Shown here: positions 29,079 to 38,696 of the stretch, piece by piece
How the letters are laid out: the number at the start of each line of letters is the position of its first letter
Numbering within the stretch: position 1 is the first letter of the stretch
Assembly (NCBI GenBank): GCA_021775755.1
Contig: JAJFHE010000050.1
Span: 343,842 to 407,841, forward strand
Direction of reading: 5' to 3'
Source of the DNA: Hyphomicrobiales bacterium
GTDB lineage: Bacteria > Pseudomonadota > Alphaproteobacteria > Rhizobiales > JAJFHB01
Length of the DNA stretch: 64,000 bases
The notes under the pieces: model-generated
Told to the model about the DNA's origin: nothing
The model's database searches: none
What the model saw: the letters and a program-made list of their open reading frames with translations, nothing else
Program-made: the position numbers and the translations under genes

Positions 29079-29936
29079 TCAGAATTCGCGGAATATGGCC
29101 GCCATCAGCATGCTCCACTGTCGGCGCATCTGACCGACTTCCAGCACTTTGTGGAGGGGATTATGAATGCGCTCCATGCGCTTGAGATACATGTCGATAA
29201 GCTTGACCGGTAGAAACGCCGGCAATGCGGCGGGCGGCACCGCATGGGCGCGCTCGCGGGCGATGGCGAGATGATGCTTCGCCACCTGGCGCAGTTCCAG
29301 AAGCGATATGCGGATCGCCTCGCTTTGGCGCCCGGCGAGAACATGCGCCGGCGAAATGTCGTGGCGCGCCAGGAGCTCCGCCGGCAGAAAGCATTGACCG
29401 CGTGCCCGGTGGATGGGGATGATCCGCATAAGCCCGGTGAGCCCATAGGCGATACCGGCATGGCCCGCGGCGTCGGCGGCGGTTTTGGCCTGCCCGTTCG
29501 TGAGAACCAGAGCCGCCATTTGAATGATGCTGGACGACGTCTCACCGAGATAGCCCTCAAGCGCGTCGAGAGAGGGCATCGGATCGTCGTAGAGATCGAA
29601 AGCGCGCGCCTCGAGCAGGCTGTCAAAGCCGAGCTTCGTCAGGTTCCCGGCATCAATGGCGCCGGCGAGCTGCTGCGCCACCGGATGGTCGGCAACGCTG
29701 CCTTCATAGATCGCCTCAATGGTGTCGCGCCACCATTGCAGGCGTACTTCGCCCGGCATCGGGTCATGCACCAGTTCGCGGATGCGGGCGATTTCGAGAT
29801 TGAACGCGTACAGCGCCAACAAATGCGGACGTTTCTCATCCGGTGCGAAAAGCGTTGAGAGATAACGGTCCCGATCGGCCTCATGCACCAGGTCATGGCA
29901 GTATTTGGCGGTGTCTTCTGTCTGGATGTCCGGCAT
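29079..29936 (-). CDS. Squalene/phytoene synthase family protein (NDUFAF6-like)
   Basis: 285 aa with CHDLVHEADRDRYLS...LYAFNLEIARI, a trans-isoprenyl diphosphate synthase head-to-head fold. Confidence 0.8.
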   Translation of the reverse strand: MPDIQTEDTAKYCHDLVHEADRDRYLSTLFAPDEKRPHLLALYAFNLEIARIRELVHDPMPGEVRLQWWRDTIEAIYEGSVADHPVAQQLAGAIDAGNLTKLGFDSLLEARAFDLYDDPMPSLDALEGYLGETSSSIIQMAALVLTNGQAKTAADAAGHAGIAYGLTGLMRIIPIHRARGQCFLPAELLARHDISPAHVLAGRQSEAIRISLLELRQVAKHHLAIARERAHAVPPAALPAFLPVKLIDMYLKRMERIHNPLHKVLEVGQMRRQWSMLMAAIFREF

Positions 29937-29938
29937 GA

Positions 29939-30325
29939 TCAGACCGGATTTTCGACGGCGATCAGGGCAGCGGCGACGTCGCGGCCTTCGCCGAGGAGCA
30001 CATTGTAGGTGCGCGCGGCGGCACCGGTGTCCATGAATTCAAGGCCGACACCATGGTCGCGGAAGGCGCTTTCCACCGTCTCCGACGGCCGGGCGATGGT
30101 CTCTCCGCACCCAAGCAACAGGAACGATATGTCATCTGCCTCGTCGAAGACGGGTGCGAAGCTGCGCGGCGTCAGATCGCCGAATTGCGTAACCGGCCAA
30201 CCGAACACACCCGATGGAAGCAGCAGCAGCGAGCCGATGTGAGACATGTCGGCAAAGCGGAACCCGCCATCGCCATAGGCGTTGATGGGGACTCTGCCGG
30301 GGTAATGCGCTTGCGGCCCGCTCAC
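29939..30325 (-). CDS. Mth938-like domain protein (DUF498, NDUFAF3-like)
   Basis: GTG 30325 gives a 128-aa protein, ...PINAYGDGGFRFADMSHIGSLLLLPSG...LLLGCG. The track start at 30445 would overlap secF by 90 nt. Confidence 0.75.
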   Translation of the reverse strand: MSGPQAHYPGRVPINAYGDGGFRFADMSHIGSLLLLPSGVFGWPVTQFGDLTPRSFAPVFDEADDISFLLLGCGETIARPSETVESAFRDHGVGLEFMDTGAAARTYNVLLGEGRDVAAALIAVENPV

Positions 30326-30353
30326 GGGATCCGGTGCGTTCCAGCCATCGCGT

Positions 30354-31298
30354 TTACACCGCGGCGGCTGAAGCGTCCTTGTTCTTTTCTCCGTGGCCAC
30401 TCCAGTCACGCTTGACACCAAGCAGGCGCAGCAACGGAGACGCAACGCAGATGGACGAGTAGGTACCGATCACCACGCCCCAGATCATCGCGAATGTGAA
30501 ACCGCGAATCACCTCGCCGCCGAAGATATAGAGCGACAACAGCGCAATCAAAGTGGTGACCGAGGTGAGGATCGTTCGCGACAGCGTGTTGTTGATCGAC
30601 AGATTGAGCAAGTCGGAGAGCTCCATCCGTTTGTATTTTCGCAAATTCTCGCGCACACGGTCATAAACGACCACGGTATCGTTCAACGAGTAACCGACAA
30701 TCGTCAACAACGCGGCGATGATCGACAGGTTGAATTCAAGCTGCAAAATGGAAAACAGGCCTATGGTAATGACCACATCGTGCACCAGAGCCGCCACCGC
30801 GCCGATAGAGAACTGCCACTCGAACCGGAACCAGATATAGACCAGAACCGCGAAGACCGCCGCCAGAACGGCAATGGTACTGGTAACGGCCAGTTCGCCG
30901 CTGACGGTAGGACCGACAACCTCAACGCGCCGGTAGATCACCTCATCGCCCAGTGCCTGACGGATACTTGAGCGCGCCGCCTGCTGCGCTTCGTCGCCGC
31001 CTTCCTGCTGTTCGATGCGGATCAACACCTCGTTCGGGGCGCCGAATTCCTGGATTTGCACATCGCCAAGCCCCAGCCCGCTCATCTGATCGCGCAACTT
31101 CGCGATATCCGCGGGACCCTGCGTCTGAATTTCCATGAGCGTGCCGCCCCGGAAATCGATGCCGAGGTTCAGGCCGAGGAGCACAAACAGGCCGATGGAC
31201 ACGACCATCGCCGCGCAGGACACATAAATCGCGACCTTTGCAAACCCGAGAAACGGGACGTTCGTATTCTCCGGGAGAAACTTCAATGGTTTCAGCAT
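30354..31298 (-). CDS. secF: Protein translocase subunit SecF
   Basis: 314 aa, multi-TM, with GIDFRGGT and SLNDTVVVYDRVREN motifs. Confidence 0.95.
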   Translation of the reverse strand: MLKPLKFLPENTNVPFLGFAKVAIYVSCAAMVVSIGLFVLLGLNLGIDFRGGTLMEIQTQGPADIAKLRDQMSGLGLGDVQIQEFGAPNEVLIRIEQQEGGDEAQQAARSSIRQALGDEVIYRRVEVVGPTVSGELAVTSTIAVLAAVFAVLVYIWFRFEWQFSIGAVAALVHDVVITIGLFSILQLEFNLSIIAALLTIVGYSLNDTVVVYDRVRENLRKYKRMELSDLLNLSINNTLSRTILTSVTTLIALLSLYIFGGEVIRGFTFAMIWGVVIGTYSSICVASPLLRLLGVKRDWSGHGEKNKDASAAAV

Positions 31299-31308
31299 GG
31301 CGTTCTCC

Positions 31309-32916
31309 TCAGATCGGCACTTCGGCCGGGCGATACTTCTTCACCCACCAGGCGACAATCAGGCGCGTCAACGTAAAGGCGGTGAACACCGAGGTCACGA
31401 TGCCAATGCCAAGCGTTATTGAAAAACCCCGCACCGGTCCGGACCCAAGTCCGAACAGAATGACGGCGGCGATCAGGGTTGTGATATTGGCGTCTAGAAT
31501 GGTGCCCAGTGCGCGCGAATAGCCCGTGTCGATGGCGGCAATCGGCGTCTTGCCGTTGCGTACTTCCTCGCGGATGCGCTCAAAGATCAGCACGTTGGCA
31601 TCGACCGCCATGCCGATGGTCAGCACGATACCGGCAATGCCCGGCAGCGTGAGCGTCGCTTGGAACAGCGACAGCACACCGACGATAAGCGCTATGTTCA
31701 CAGCCAGTGCCAGATTGGCGAATATTCCAAACAGGCCGTAGGACAGAATGATAAAGCCGACAACGGCAACCAGGCCGATGATGGCGGCTATCTGCCCGGC
31801 GGCGATGGAGTCCGCACCAAGGCTTGGGCCGACAGTGCGTTCTTCGACAATCACCAGATTCACCGGCAGGGCGCCCGTGCGCAGCACAAGCGCCAGGTCG
31901 TTGGTTTCCTGAACCGTGAAGTTACCCGTGATCACGCCCGATCCGCCGAGAATGGCGGTCTGGATCACCGGCGCGCTGACCACCTCGCCGTCGAGCACGA
32001 TGCCGAACGGCCGGCCGACATTGGCCTGGGTCAGGCGGCCGAAGCGTACCGCACCCTTCTGGTTGAAGCGGAACGAAACGATGGGGCGGTTGTCGCGGGA
32101 ATCGAACTCAGGCTGCGCATCGACAAGATCTGCGCCTTCAACGATATCGCCCGACTTGGTCGACACCTGATAGGTCTGGTTTGGATCGTCGCGCGAGGGA
32201 AGTGTATCGCACCCCGCCCGGCTGGAGCTCGACGAACCTCCAAGCGGTGTGTCGCACAACAGCATAAACTGCAAGCGCGCCGTCTGCCCGATGATATCGA
32301 GGAGACGCTGTGTGTCATCGAGACCTGGAACCTGCACCAGAATACGGTCGACACCCTGACGCTGGATCGCCGGCTCCGTCGTGCCAAGGGCATCGACACG
32401 GCGGCGGACAATTTCTATCGACTGTTCGATCGCCTGCGTGATCTTCTGCTCGATTGCCGCGTCGGTAAACGTCAGGCGGATCAGCGGGCCGTCATTCGAA
32501 ATCTCGAAATTGGCAACGCCACCTCCGCTGAAGAGAGTTCCGCCGACCGGCTGTATCAGTTCGCGGATCCGGATGATGGCGTTGTCTACGTCCGCTTCGT
32601 CACGCAACCGCACGATGACGTCGTTGTCATCGCGCCGGATACCGCCCGTATAGCCGATGCGCTGCTCGCGCAGCGCCGCGCGTACGTCACTCTGCAGCGG
32701 CTTTACCAATCCGTCATAGAGATCGCTCTTGTCGACTTCCAACACAACATGGGCGCCGCCTCTCAGATCGAGGCCGAGATTCATGCGCTGGTGCGGCAAC
32801 CAGTCCGGCACGCCGTTCAAGACGCTCGTCGGCACGACGTTGGGGATGGCGAGGAGTATTCCAAGCACGGAAATCGCCAGAACCAGAACGATTTTCCATT
32901 TGGCGAAATGCAGCAT
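31309..32916 (-). CDS. secD: Protein translocase subunit SecD
   Basis: 535 aa with LGLDLRGG, a periplasmic domain and a C-terminal 6-TM bundle (IGMAVDANVLIFERIREE). Confidence 0.95.
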   Translation of the reverse strand: MLHFAKWKIVLVLAISVLGILLAIPNVVPTSVLNGVPDWLPHQRMNLGLDLRGGAHVVLEVDKSDLYDGLVKPLQSDVRAALREQRIGYTGGIRRDDNDVIVRLRDEADVDNAIIRIRELIQPVGGTLFSGGGVANFEISNDGPLIRLTFTDAAIEQKITQAIEQSIEIVRRRVDALGTTEPAIQRQGVDRILVQVPGLDDTQRLLDIIGQTARLQFMLLCDTPLGGSSSSSRAGCDTLPSRDDPNQTYQVSTKSGDIVEGADLVDAQPEFDSRDNRPIVSFRFNQKGAVRFGRLTQANVGRPFGIVLDGEVVSAPVIQTAILGGSGVITGNFTVQETNDLALVLRTGALPVNLVIVEERTVGPSLGADSIAAGQIAAIIGLVAVVGFIILSYGLFGIFANLALAVNIALIVGVLSLFQATLTLPGIAGIVLTIGMAVDANVLIFERIREEVRNGKTPIAAIDTGYSRALGTILDANITTLIAAVILFGLGSGPVRGFSITLGIGIVTSVFTAFTLTRLIVAWWVKKYRPAEVPI

Positions 32917-32985
32917 TCAGGATGTCCTATTGGGATCCACCAAGGCCCGGCGCCGAGCGGCGCGCGCGGATCGCGAATTTGCCGA

Positions 32986-33324
32986 TTACTTCTTGGCTTC
33001 GTCCGTTGCAGGCGCACCCTTTACGCGTACTGCGGAAATCATAGAGCGCGCGATTTCAACTTCAACGCCGGTCGCAATCTGCACTTTCAGCACATCGTCG
33101 TCGACGACTTTGGTCACTTTCCCGATCAGGCCGCCGGACGTGGTGATGCGGTCTCCCCGGCGTACGGTATTGATCATTTCCTGATGTTCTTTCTGGCGGC
33201 GCTGCTGGGGCCGGATGATCAGAAAATAGATAATGATAAAAATAATGAGGAAGGGCATGAGCGAGAAAAGAATATCGCCTGTCCCGCCGCCTGCGGCCTG
33301 CGCATATGCCGGTGTCGTGAACAT
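32986..33324 (-). CDS. yajC: Preprotein translocase subunit YajC
   Basis: 112 aa with ...IIIYFLIIRPQQRRQKEHQEM...GDRITTSGGLIGKV. Confidence 0.93.
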   Translation of the reverse strand: MFTTPAYAQAAGGGTGDILFSLMPFLIIFIIIYFLIIRPQQRRQKEHQEMINTVRRGDRITTSGGLIGKVTKVVDDDVLKVQIATGVEVEIARSMISAVRVKGAPATDEAKK

Positions 33325-33530
33325 TGAAAAACTCCAGAGATACAGTCGTCAAATGCCATTGGCACAACGACCTGCCTGCCCGTAGTGGGTTCGCCGGGAA
33401 TATAACTACGCGCCAACCATTTGCAAGCGATGTCGGCGTGAACCGGTTAACCGCATCGCCGCTTCGTGATAGCGTCGCCGTCGGCAATCTGAGACATTGC
33501 CGGTCCGAGTTCGCGACAACCCATCAGGCC

Positions 33531-34394
33531 ATGGCACAAGACGACCTGCAAAACACTCTCGATCGCATCTGCGCGGCACTTGAGCGCATGGCGCCGAAAC
33601 CGCGCGCCGGCATGGATTTTTCGCAAGCCGACGCCTTTATCTGGCACACGTCGAGCGACGAACTGAGGCCTGTGCAAAAGGTCAATCGCGTCGATATGTC
33701 TTTGCTGCACGGTATCGACCGCCTGCGCGACACGCTTCTGGAGAACACCCAGCGGTTTTCCAGCGGCCTGCCGGCGAACAACGCGCTGTTGTGGGGCGCG
33801 CGCGGCATGGGCAAGAGTTCGCTTGTCAAAGCCGTTCATCACACGGTTTCGAAGCAAACCGGATCCAGCCTCAAACTTATCGAGATCCACCGCGAAGACA
33901 TTGAAAGCCTGCCGGATCTCATGAATGTGTTCCGCGACAATGGGGATTTTCGCATCATCGTGTTTTGTGACGATCTGTCGTTCGACGCGCAGGATACATC
34001 CTACAAGTCGCTCAAGGCGGCGCTTGAGGGCGGCATTGAGGGGCGGCCAGACAATATGCTGTTTTACGCAACCTCGAACCGGCGCCATCTCCTGCCGCGT
34101 GACATGATGGAAAACGAACGATCCACAGCGATCAATCCGTCAGAAGCGGTGCAGGAAAAAGTTTCCCTGTCCGACCGTTTCGGCCTTTGGCTCGGCTTCC
34201 ATAACTGTTCACAGGCGGATTACCTGGAGATGGTGTTCGGGTATGCGCGCCATTTCGGGCTCGACGCCGATGAAGAAACAATCCGCGCCGAAGCCATCGA
34301 ATGGAGCGCAACGCGCGGTGCACGATCCGGCCGCGTTGCCTGGCAGTTCATTCAGGACCTCGCCGGGCGGCTCGGCAAACCTACAGTCTCCTAA
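33531..34394 (+). CDS. AAA-type ATP-binding protein (DUF815 family)
   Basis: 287 aa from ATG 33531 with Walker A LLWGARGMGKSSLVKA and Walker B IVFCDDLSF. The upstream part of the track ORF is non-coding. Confidence 0.8.
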   Translation: MAQDDLQNTLDRICAALERMAPKPRAGMDFSQADAFIWHTSSDELRPVQKVNRVDMSLLHGIDRLRDTLLENTQRFSSGLPANNALLWGARGMGKSSLVKAVHHTVSKQTGSSLKLIEIHREDIESLPDLMNVFRDNGDFRIIVFCDDLSFDAQDTSYKSLKAALEGGIEGRPDNMLFYATSNRRHLLPRDMMENERSTAINPSEAVQEKVSLSDRFGLWLGFHNCSQADYLEMVFGYARHFGLDADEETIRAEAIEWSATRGARSGRVAWQFIQDLAGRLGKPTVS

Positions 34395-34401
34395 AAGAAA
34401 A

Positions 34402-34421
34402 AGCCCGCCATGCGGCGGGCT
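34402..34421. terminator. Bidirectional intrinsic terminator between convergent genes
   Basis: AGCCCGCC-atgc-GGCGGGCT is a perfect 8-bp GC stem. It is flanked by AAAAGAAAA on one side (giving TTTTTCTTTT after the hairpin on the minus strand) and by a T-containing tract on the other. Confidence 0.75.
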
Positions 34422-34450
34422 TCTCCAATTCGTTTGTTCTCTTCGGCCAA

Positions 34451-35686
34451 TCAGTTTCCAGCAACCGTATCGGATGCCAGATACTGCAGCGGATCGACCG
34501 CCTGGGCACCTCTTCGCACTTCGAAGTGAAGCTGCGGCGACGTGACGTTGCCGCTGTCGCCGGCTTTGGCGATGATCTGACCGCGCGATACAACGTCACC
34601 ACGGCGCACGAAAAGCTCTGAATTGTGCGCGTAGGCGGTGACCCAGTTGTCCGCGTGGCGGATCAGTACGAGATTGCCGTAACCGCGAAGCTCGTTGCCG
34701 GCATAGGCAACCACACCGTTTTCCGCCGCCTTGACGGACGTTCCGGCGGGAACCGCAAGGTTGATACCGTCATTGCGCGAACCATCGTCTTTTTCGCCAA
34801 ACTGCGAAATTACGCGGCCGACGACGGGCCAGCGGAAGCGGCTGGATTCACGCGCCGGCATGGCCGCCGGCACCTGGCGATCGGAACGTTCGGTGCTGTT
34901 GGACACCGGTGCCTGCTGAACCGCAGGTACCGGCTGAACGGCCGCCTGATTGGCGGGCGCGCGGGCCGGTTGCACGGTTACCTGGGCGGGAACTGCCGGG
35001 GCACCCGCTGCGGTCCAACCACGCGGCGGAATGCGCAGGTTCTGACCGAGTTTCACCGTATAAGGCGCACCGATGTTGTTGTAGGCAGCAACGGTCTGCG
35101 GGCGGTGGCCGTAGGACCGCGAAATGCTGTACATCGTTTCGCCGGAGCTGACCCGGTGCGTCGCGGGATTCGCCGTAGCAGTAGGCGTCCTTTGAGGCGT
35201 GGTGCTCGCGGTGTATGTCGAGGCTGCGGCATTGCTCCCCGCCGGAAGGCGAAGGCGCTGACCTGCCTGAATATTGTATGGCGGCTGCAGGTTGTTGATG
35301 GCGATCATGTCGCCAACGGACACACCGTGCTTACGCGATATACTGTATAGGGTGTCGCCCGGGTTGACCTGCACCTCGCCATTCGCCGGCCGGTAGTTTG
35401 TCGGCTGATAGGTGGCTGTCGACTGGGCCGGCGAGCCAAGAGGCTGCGTCGTAACCTGGTTTGAATAGACGGTGTTGTCAGACGAGGGCTGGCCCGTTGA
35501 ACCGGTGTAGATCTGCCCGCCACTGTTCGTTGGGTGGCCGGGATCCCGGTTTGCCTGATTGTCGCCGAAAGGACCGAACCTGTCGGATGCGGTGCTGCAG
35601 CCTGCTAGCACCGCGACAAGTCCCGCCGCTGCGATGGATTTTACTACCCTGCGATATTGAGACGCCGGATACGCTTCTTTACACAT
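34451..35686 (-). CDS. LysM-domain M23 (LytM) peptidase lipoprotein, NlpD/DipM-like
   Basis: Lipobox LAGC, two LysM repeats (GDTLYSISRKHGVSVGDMIAINNL and GETMYSISRSYGH...) and a C-terminal M23 domain (HADNWVTAYAHNS...SPQLHFEVR). Confidence 0.9.
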   Translation of the reverse strand: MCKEAYPASQYRRVVKSIAAAGLVAVLAGCSTASDRFGPFGDNQANRDPGHPTNSGGQIYTGSTGQPSSDNTVYSNQVTTQPLGSPAQSTATYQPTNYRPANGEVQVNPGDTLYSISRKHGVSVGDMIAINNLQPPYNIQAGQRLRLPAGSNAAASTYTASTTPQRTPTATANPATHRVSSGETMYSISRSYGHRPQTVAAYNNIGAPYTVKLGQNLRIPPRGWTAAGAPAVPAQVTVQPARAPANQAAVQPVPAVQQAPVSNSTERSDRQVPAAMPARESSRFRWPVVGRVISQFGEKDDGSRNDGINLAVPAGTSVKAAENGVVAYAGNELRGYGNLVLIRHADNWVTAYAHNSELFVRRGDVVSRGQIIAKAGDSGNVTSPQLHFEVRRGAQAVDPLQYLASDTVAGN

Positions 35687-35734
35687 TACTCACGCTCCAC
35701 AACTCACTTATGAGGGCAGAATGAGCAAGTTTCG

Positions 35735-35749
35735 TTAAAGAGCGCTTAA
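35735..35749. promoter_or_regulatory. CtrA-type box TTAA-N7-TTAA upstream of the LysM-M23 gene
   Basis: TTAAagagcgcTTAA(A), 49-63 nt upstream of the start codon at 35686, in the 69-nt pcm/nlpD-like spacer. Confidence 0.45.
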
Positions 35750-35755
35750 AAATAT

Positions 35756-36400
35756 TCAGAGTTCTCGCGCGGTCCCCTCAACCAGGGGCACAAAGCGAAC
35801 CGGCAGAAGCGATTCGTGCTCGAAATCATCGCCGTTGCGCGTAATGCGTACGAGCTCTTGTTCCTGCGGGGCGGTGTCAAGCGGCAGGATCATGATGCCG
35901 CCGTCTTCCTTCAACTGCTCCGCCAGGACAGGCGGAACGGTCGGCGCCGCCGCGGTGACCATAATACGGTCGAAGGGCGCCTGTTGCGGCCAGCCCTTTG
36001 CGCCGTCCCCGACCATTGATGTGATGTTGGTCAGGCCAAGCTTGCTGAAGCGCGCATCCGCCTGACGTAAAAGCGTGCGGTAGCGCTCGATTGTATAGAC
36101 CCTGCGGCACAGCAAGGAGAGGATTGCCGCCTGATATCCCGAGCCGGTACCGACCTCGAGCACCTTGCAGCGGTCGTCTAGCTCCAGTTTCTGGGTCATG
36201 AACGCGACAACGTAAGGCTGGCTGATCGTCTGACCGCATTCGATTGGCAAAGACTGGTCCGCATAGGCCTGCTCGGCGAACGGCTCGGGCACGAACAGTT
36301 CGCGCGGAATACGCTCCAGTGCGGACAGGATGCGGGTGTCACGGATACCCTGATTCCTGAGCGTCATGATGAGCTGGATCTTGCGGTAATCCTCGTTCAT
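35756..36400 (-). CDS. pcm: Protein-L-isoaspartate O-methyltransferase
   Basis: 214 aa from ATG 36400 (GGAGG Shine-Dalgarno) with GQTISQPYVVAFM and VLEVGTGSGYQAA (SAM motif). Confidence 0.92.
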   Translation of the reverse strand: MNEDYRKIQLIMTLRNQGIRDTRILSALERIPRELFVPEPFAEQAYADQSLPIECGQTISQPYVVAFMTQKLELDDRCKVLEVGTGSGYQAAILSLLCRRVYTIERYRTLLRQADARFSKLGLTNITSMVGDGAKGWPQQAPFDRIMVTAAAPTVPPVLAEQLKEDGGIMILPLDTAPQEQELVRITRNGDDFEHESLLPVRFVPLVEGTAREL

Positions 36401-36449
36401 CAGGGGGCCTCCATGCCCCGATTCACGTCCATCGGCTGCGCGCGGGCGG

Positions 36450-37220
36450 TCACGCGCCGGCTTCCAAGGCATCCCTCAGAAGCGCCATAGCACGCGTCTG
36501 GGTAAGATCCATATGCAGCGGCGTCACCGAAATTCGGTTCTCATAAACTGCTTTTAAATCAGTGCCTTGTGCGGGTTTGCTGCGAACACTCTCAAACCCC
36601 AGCCAATAGTAGGGCTGACCACGCGCGTCGGTCCGCTCATCGACCTTCAGGAGCTTTTGATCGCGACGCCCCTGAACCGTCGCCTCAGTACCTTCTACGT
36701 CGCCGGGCTCGCAATCGGGAAAGTTGATGTTCATCAGAACTCCGTCGCCCCACTCAAATCGAAGCAGTTGCCGGATAAGATCGATGCCGTGATGGGCGGC
36801 AGTGTGCCATCTGAGCTTGCGCCCTTCCCCGCTCAGACCATAGGACTGGCTGAGCGCGATCGAGCGCACACCGAATGCCGTGCCTTCCATGGCTGCCGCG
36901 ACCGTACCCGAATACGTCACGTCTTCGCACAGATTCTGGCCGCGATTGACACCTGAGAGCACAAGATCCGGCAGTTCGGGAAGAACCTTTCGAATACCCA
37001 TCAGGACGCAATCGGTCGGGGTGCCGCGTACTGCAAAGCGACGCTCCTCGATCTCGCGCAGCCGCAGAGGGTCTGCAAGGGTCAGCGAATGCGAAGCACC
37101 GCTTTGCTCGCTTTCAGGTGCAACGACCCAGATGTCATCCGACAGCTGGCGGGCAATATCCTCCAGAACACCGAGCCCCGGTGCATGTATGCCGTCGTCA
37201 TTTGTGACGAGAATTCTCAC
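36450..37220 (-). CDS. surE: 5'/3'-nucleotidase SurE
   Basis: GTG 37220 gives (M)RILVTNDDGIHAPG..., 256 aa. The track start at 37337 would overlap serS. Confidence 0.92.
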   Translation of the reverse strand: MRILVTNDDGIHAPGLGVLEDIARQLSDDIWVVAPESEQSGASHSLTLADPLRLREIEERRFAVRGTPTDCVLMGIRKVLPELPDLVLSGVNRGQNLCEDVTYSGTVAAAMEGTAFGVRSIALSQSYGLSGEGRKLRWHTAAHHGIDLIRQLLRFEWGDGVLMNINFPDCEPGDVEGTEATVQGRRDQKLLKVDERTDARGQPYYWLGFESVRSKPAQGTDLKAVYENRISVTPLHMDLTQTRAMALLRDALEAGA

Positions 37221-37257
37221 CGATCGCACCCCATTCGAAATTCCACTCCAGTCGGCG

Positions 37258-38541
37258 TCAGGCTTCAGGTTCAAGCAACTCGAGGCCACCCATATAGGGC
37301 CGCAGAGCCTCTGGAACAACAACGCTGCCGTCCTCACGCTGGCCGTTCTCCAGCACCGCGACCATGGTGCGGCCGACGGCCAGTCCGGATCCGTTCAACG
37401 TATGAACATAGCGCAGCGGTCCGCCATCGGCGGGCCGGTAGCGGGCCTGCATGCGCCGCGCCTGGAAGGAACCGCATACCGAACAGCTCGATATTTCCCG
37501 GAAGGTGTCCTGACCTGGAAGCCAAACCTCAATGTCGTAGGTCTTGCGGGCACCGAAGCCCATATCGCCGGTGGACAGGATCACCACACGGTAGTGCAGC
37601 CCCAGCCGTTTCAGCACTTCCTCCGCACAACCAAGCATGCGTTCCAGCTCTTCAGAGGAGCGTTCGGGCGAGGTAATGCTGACCATCTCGACCTTGGTGA
37701 ACTGGTGCTGGCGGATCATACCGCGCGTGTCCTTGCCGGCAGATCCCGCTTCTGAGCGGAAACACGGCGTATAGGCTGTGTAACGCAGTGGCAGTTCGGC
37801 CTCTTCCAGCGTCGTTTCACGGACCAGATTGGTGAGCGGCACTTCCGCGGTCGGGATCAGCCAGAACCCGTCGTCGGTGTGAAACAGGTCCTCGGCAAAT
37901 TTCGGCAGTTGGCCGGTGCCATAACACGCTGCGTCGCGGACAAGAAACGGCGGCTGCATTTCGCGGTAGCCGTTTTCCAGGGTGTGCAGATCGAGCATGA
38001 ACGATGCAAGAGCACGTTCCATGCGGGCAAGCGCACCTTTCAAGACGACAAACCTGGCGCCGGAAAGCTTCGCCGCCGACTCAAAATCCATCAACCCGAG
38101 CGATTCACCTATTTCGTAGTGTTCGCGGGGCGCAAACCCAAATTGCGGTCGCTCGCCGACGACGCGGTACTCGATGTTGTCGCTCTCATCCTTGCCTTCG
38201 GGCACGTCTTCCAGGGGAAGATTTGGTATGGCGGACAAGATCTCCGTCAGCTGTGCATCCAGCCTGCGTTCTTCTTCCTCGCCGCTCTGGATTTCGGACT
38301 TAAGAGCGGCAACCTCGTCGATAAGCTGCTTTGCCCCCGCTTCGTCGCCCCCCGCCTTGGCCGCGCCGATCTGCTTCGATGCATCATTGCGGCGAGACTG
38401 TGCATCCTGAAGCGAGGCGATGTGCGCGCGCCGCGCCTGATCGACTTCCAGTATCTTCGCCGACATGGGGCCAAGTCCGCGTTTGGCAAGGCCCGCATCG
38501 AATTCGTCCGGACACTTCCGGATCCACTTCAGATCAAACAT
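37258..38541 (-). CDS. serS: Serine--tRNA ligase
   Basis: 427 aa with MFDLKWIR..., a coiled-coil arm and class II motifs ([29 protein letters not shown]). Confidence 0.97.
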   Translation of the reverse strand: MFDLKWIRKCPDEFDAGLAKRGLGPMSAKILEVDQARRAHIASLQDAQSRRNDASKQIGAAKAGGDEAGAKQLIDEVAALKSEIQSGEEEERRLDAQLTEILSAIPNLPLEDVPEGKDESDNIEYRVVGERPQFGFAPREHYEIGESLGLMDFESAAKLSGARFVVLKGALARMERALASFMLDLHTLENGYREMQPPFLVRDAACYGTGQLPKFAEDLFHTDDGFWLIPTAEVPLTNLVRETTLEEAELPLRYTAYTPCFRSEAGSAGKDTRGMIRQHQFTKVEMVSITSPERSSEELERMLGCAEEVLKRLGLHYRVVILSTGDMGFGARKTYDIEVWLPGQDTFREISSCSVCGSFQARRMQARYRPADGGPLRYVHTLNGSGLAVGRTMVAVLENGQREDGSVVVPEALRPYMGGLELLEPEA

Positions 38542-38696
38542 AGGTCTACCGCTTTTTGAAAACTTCGCCTGCGCTCATTCCGTATTGAAGCACGGCTGCA
38601 CGGATTCGTCAGAATTGGCACGTGTGTATACGACGCACGCCGTGAGGCGTCCAGCAAGCGCGGCACGTGGGGGGGCAGATAATGCGAAGCGGGAAA

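Noticed and set aside
31660-33327. 555-aa plus-strand ORF, the longest unexplained ORF in the track
   Set aside because: It is entirely antisense to secD and yajC, which have unmistakable motifs. Its product is Arg/Ala/Asp/Gly-rich low complexity, typical of shadow frames in high-GC DNA.
33360-33375. Sigma-54-like element TGGCAC-N5-CCTGC upstream of the DUF815 ATPase gene (also part of a TGCCA-T-TGGCA palindrome)
   Set aside because: The GC dinucleotide is one position out of register with the TGGCAC-N5-TTGCW consensus and the -12 element is poor, so it is probably chance.
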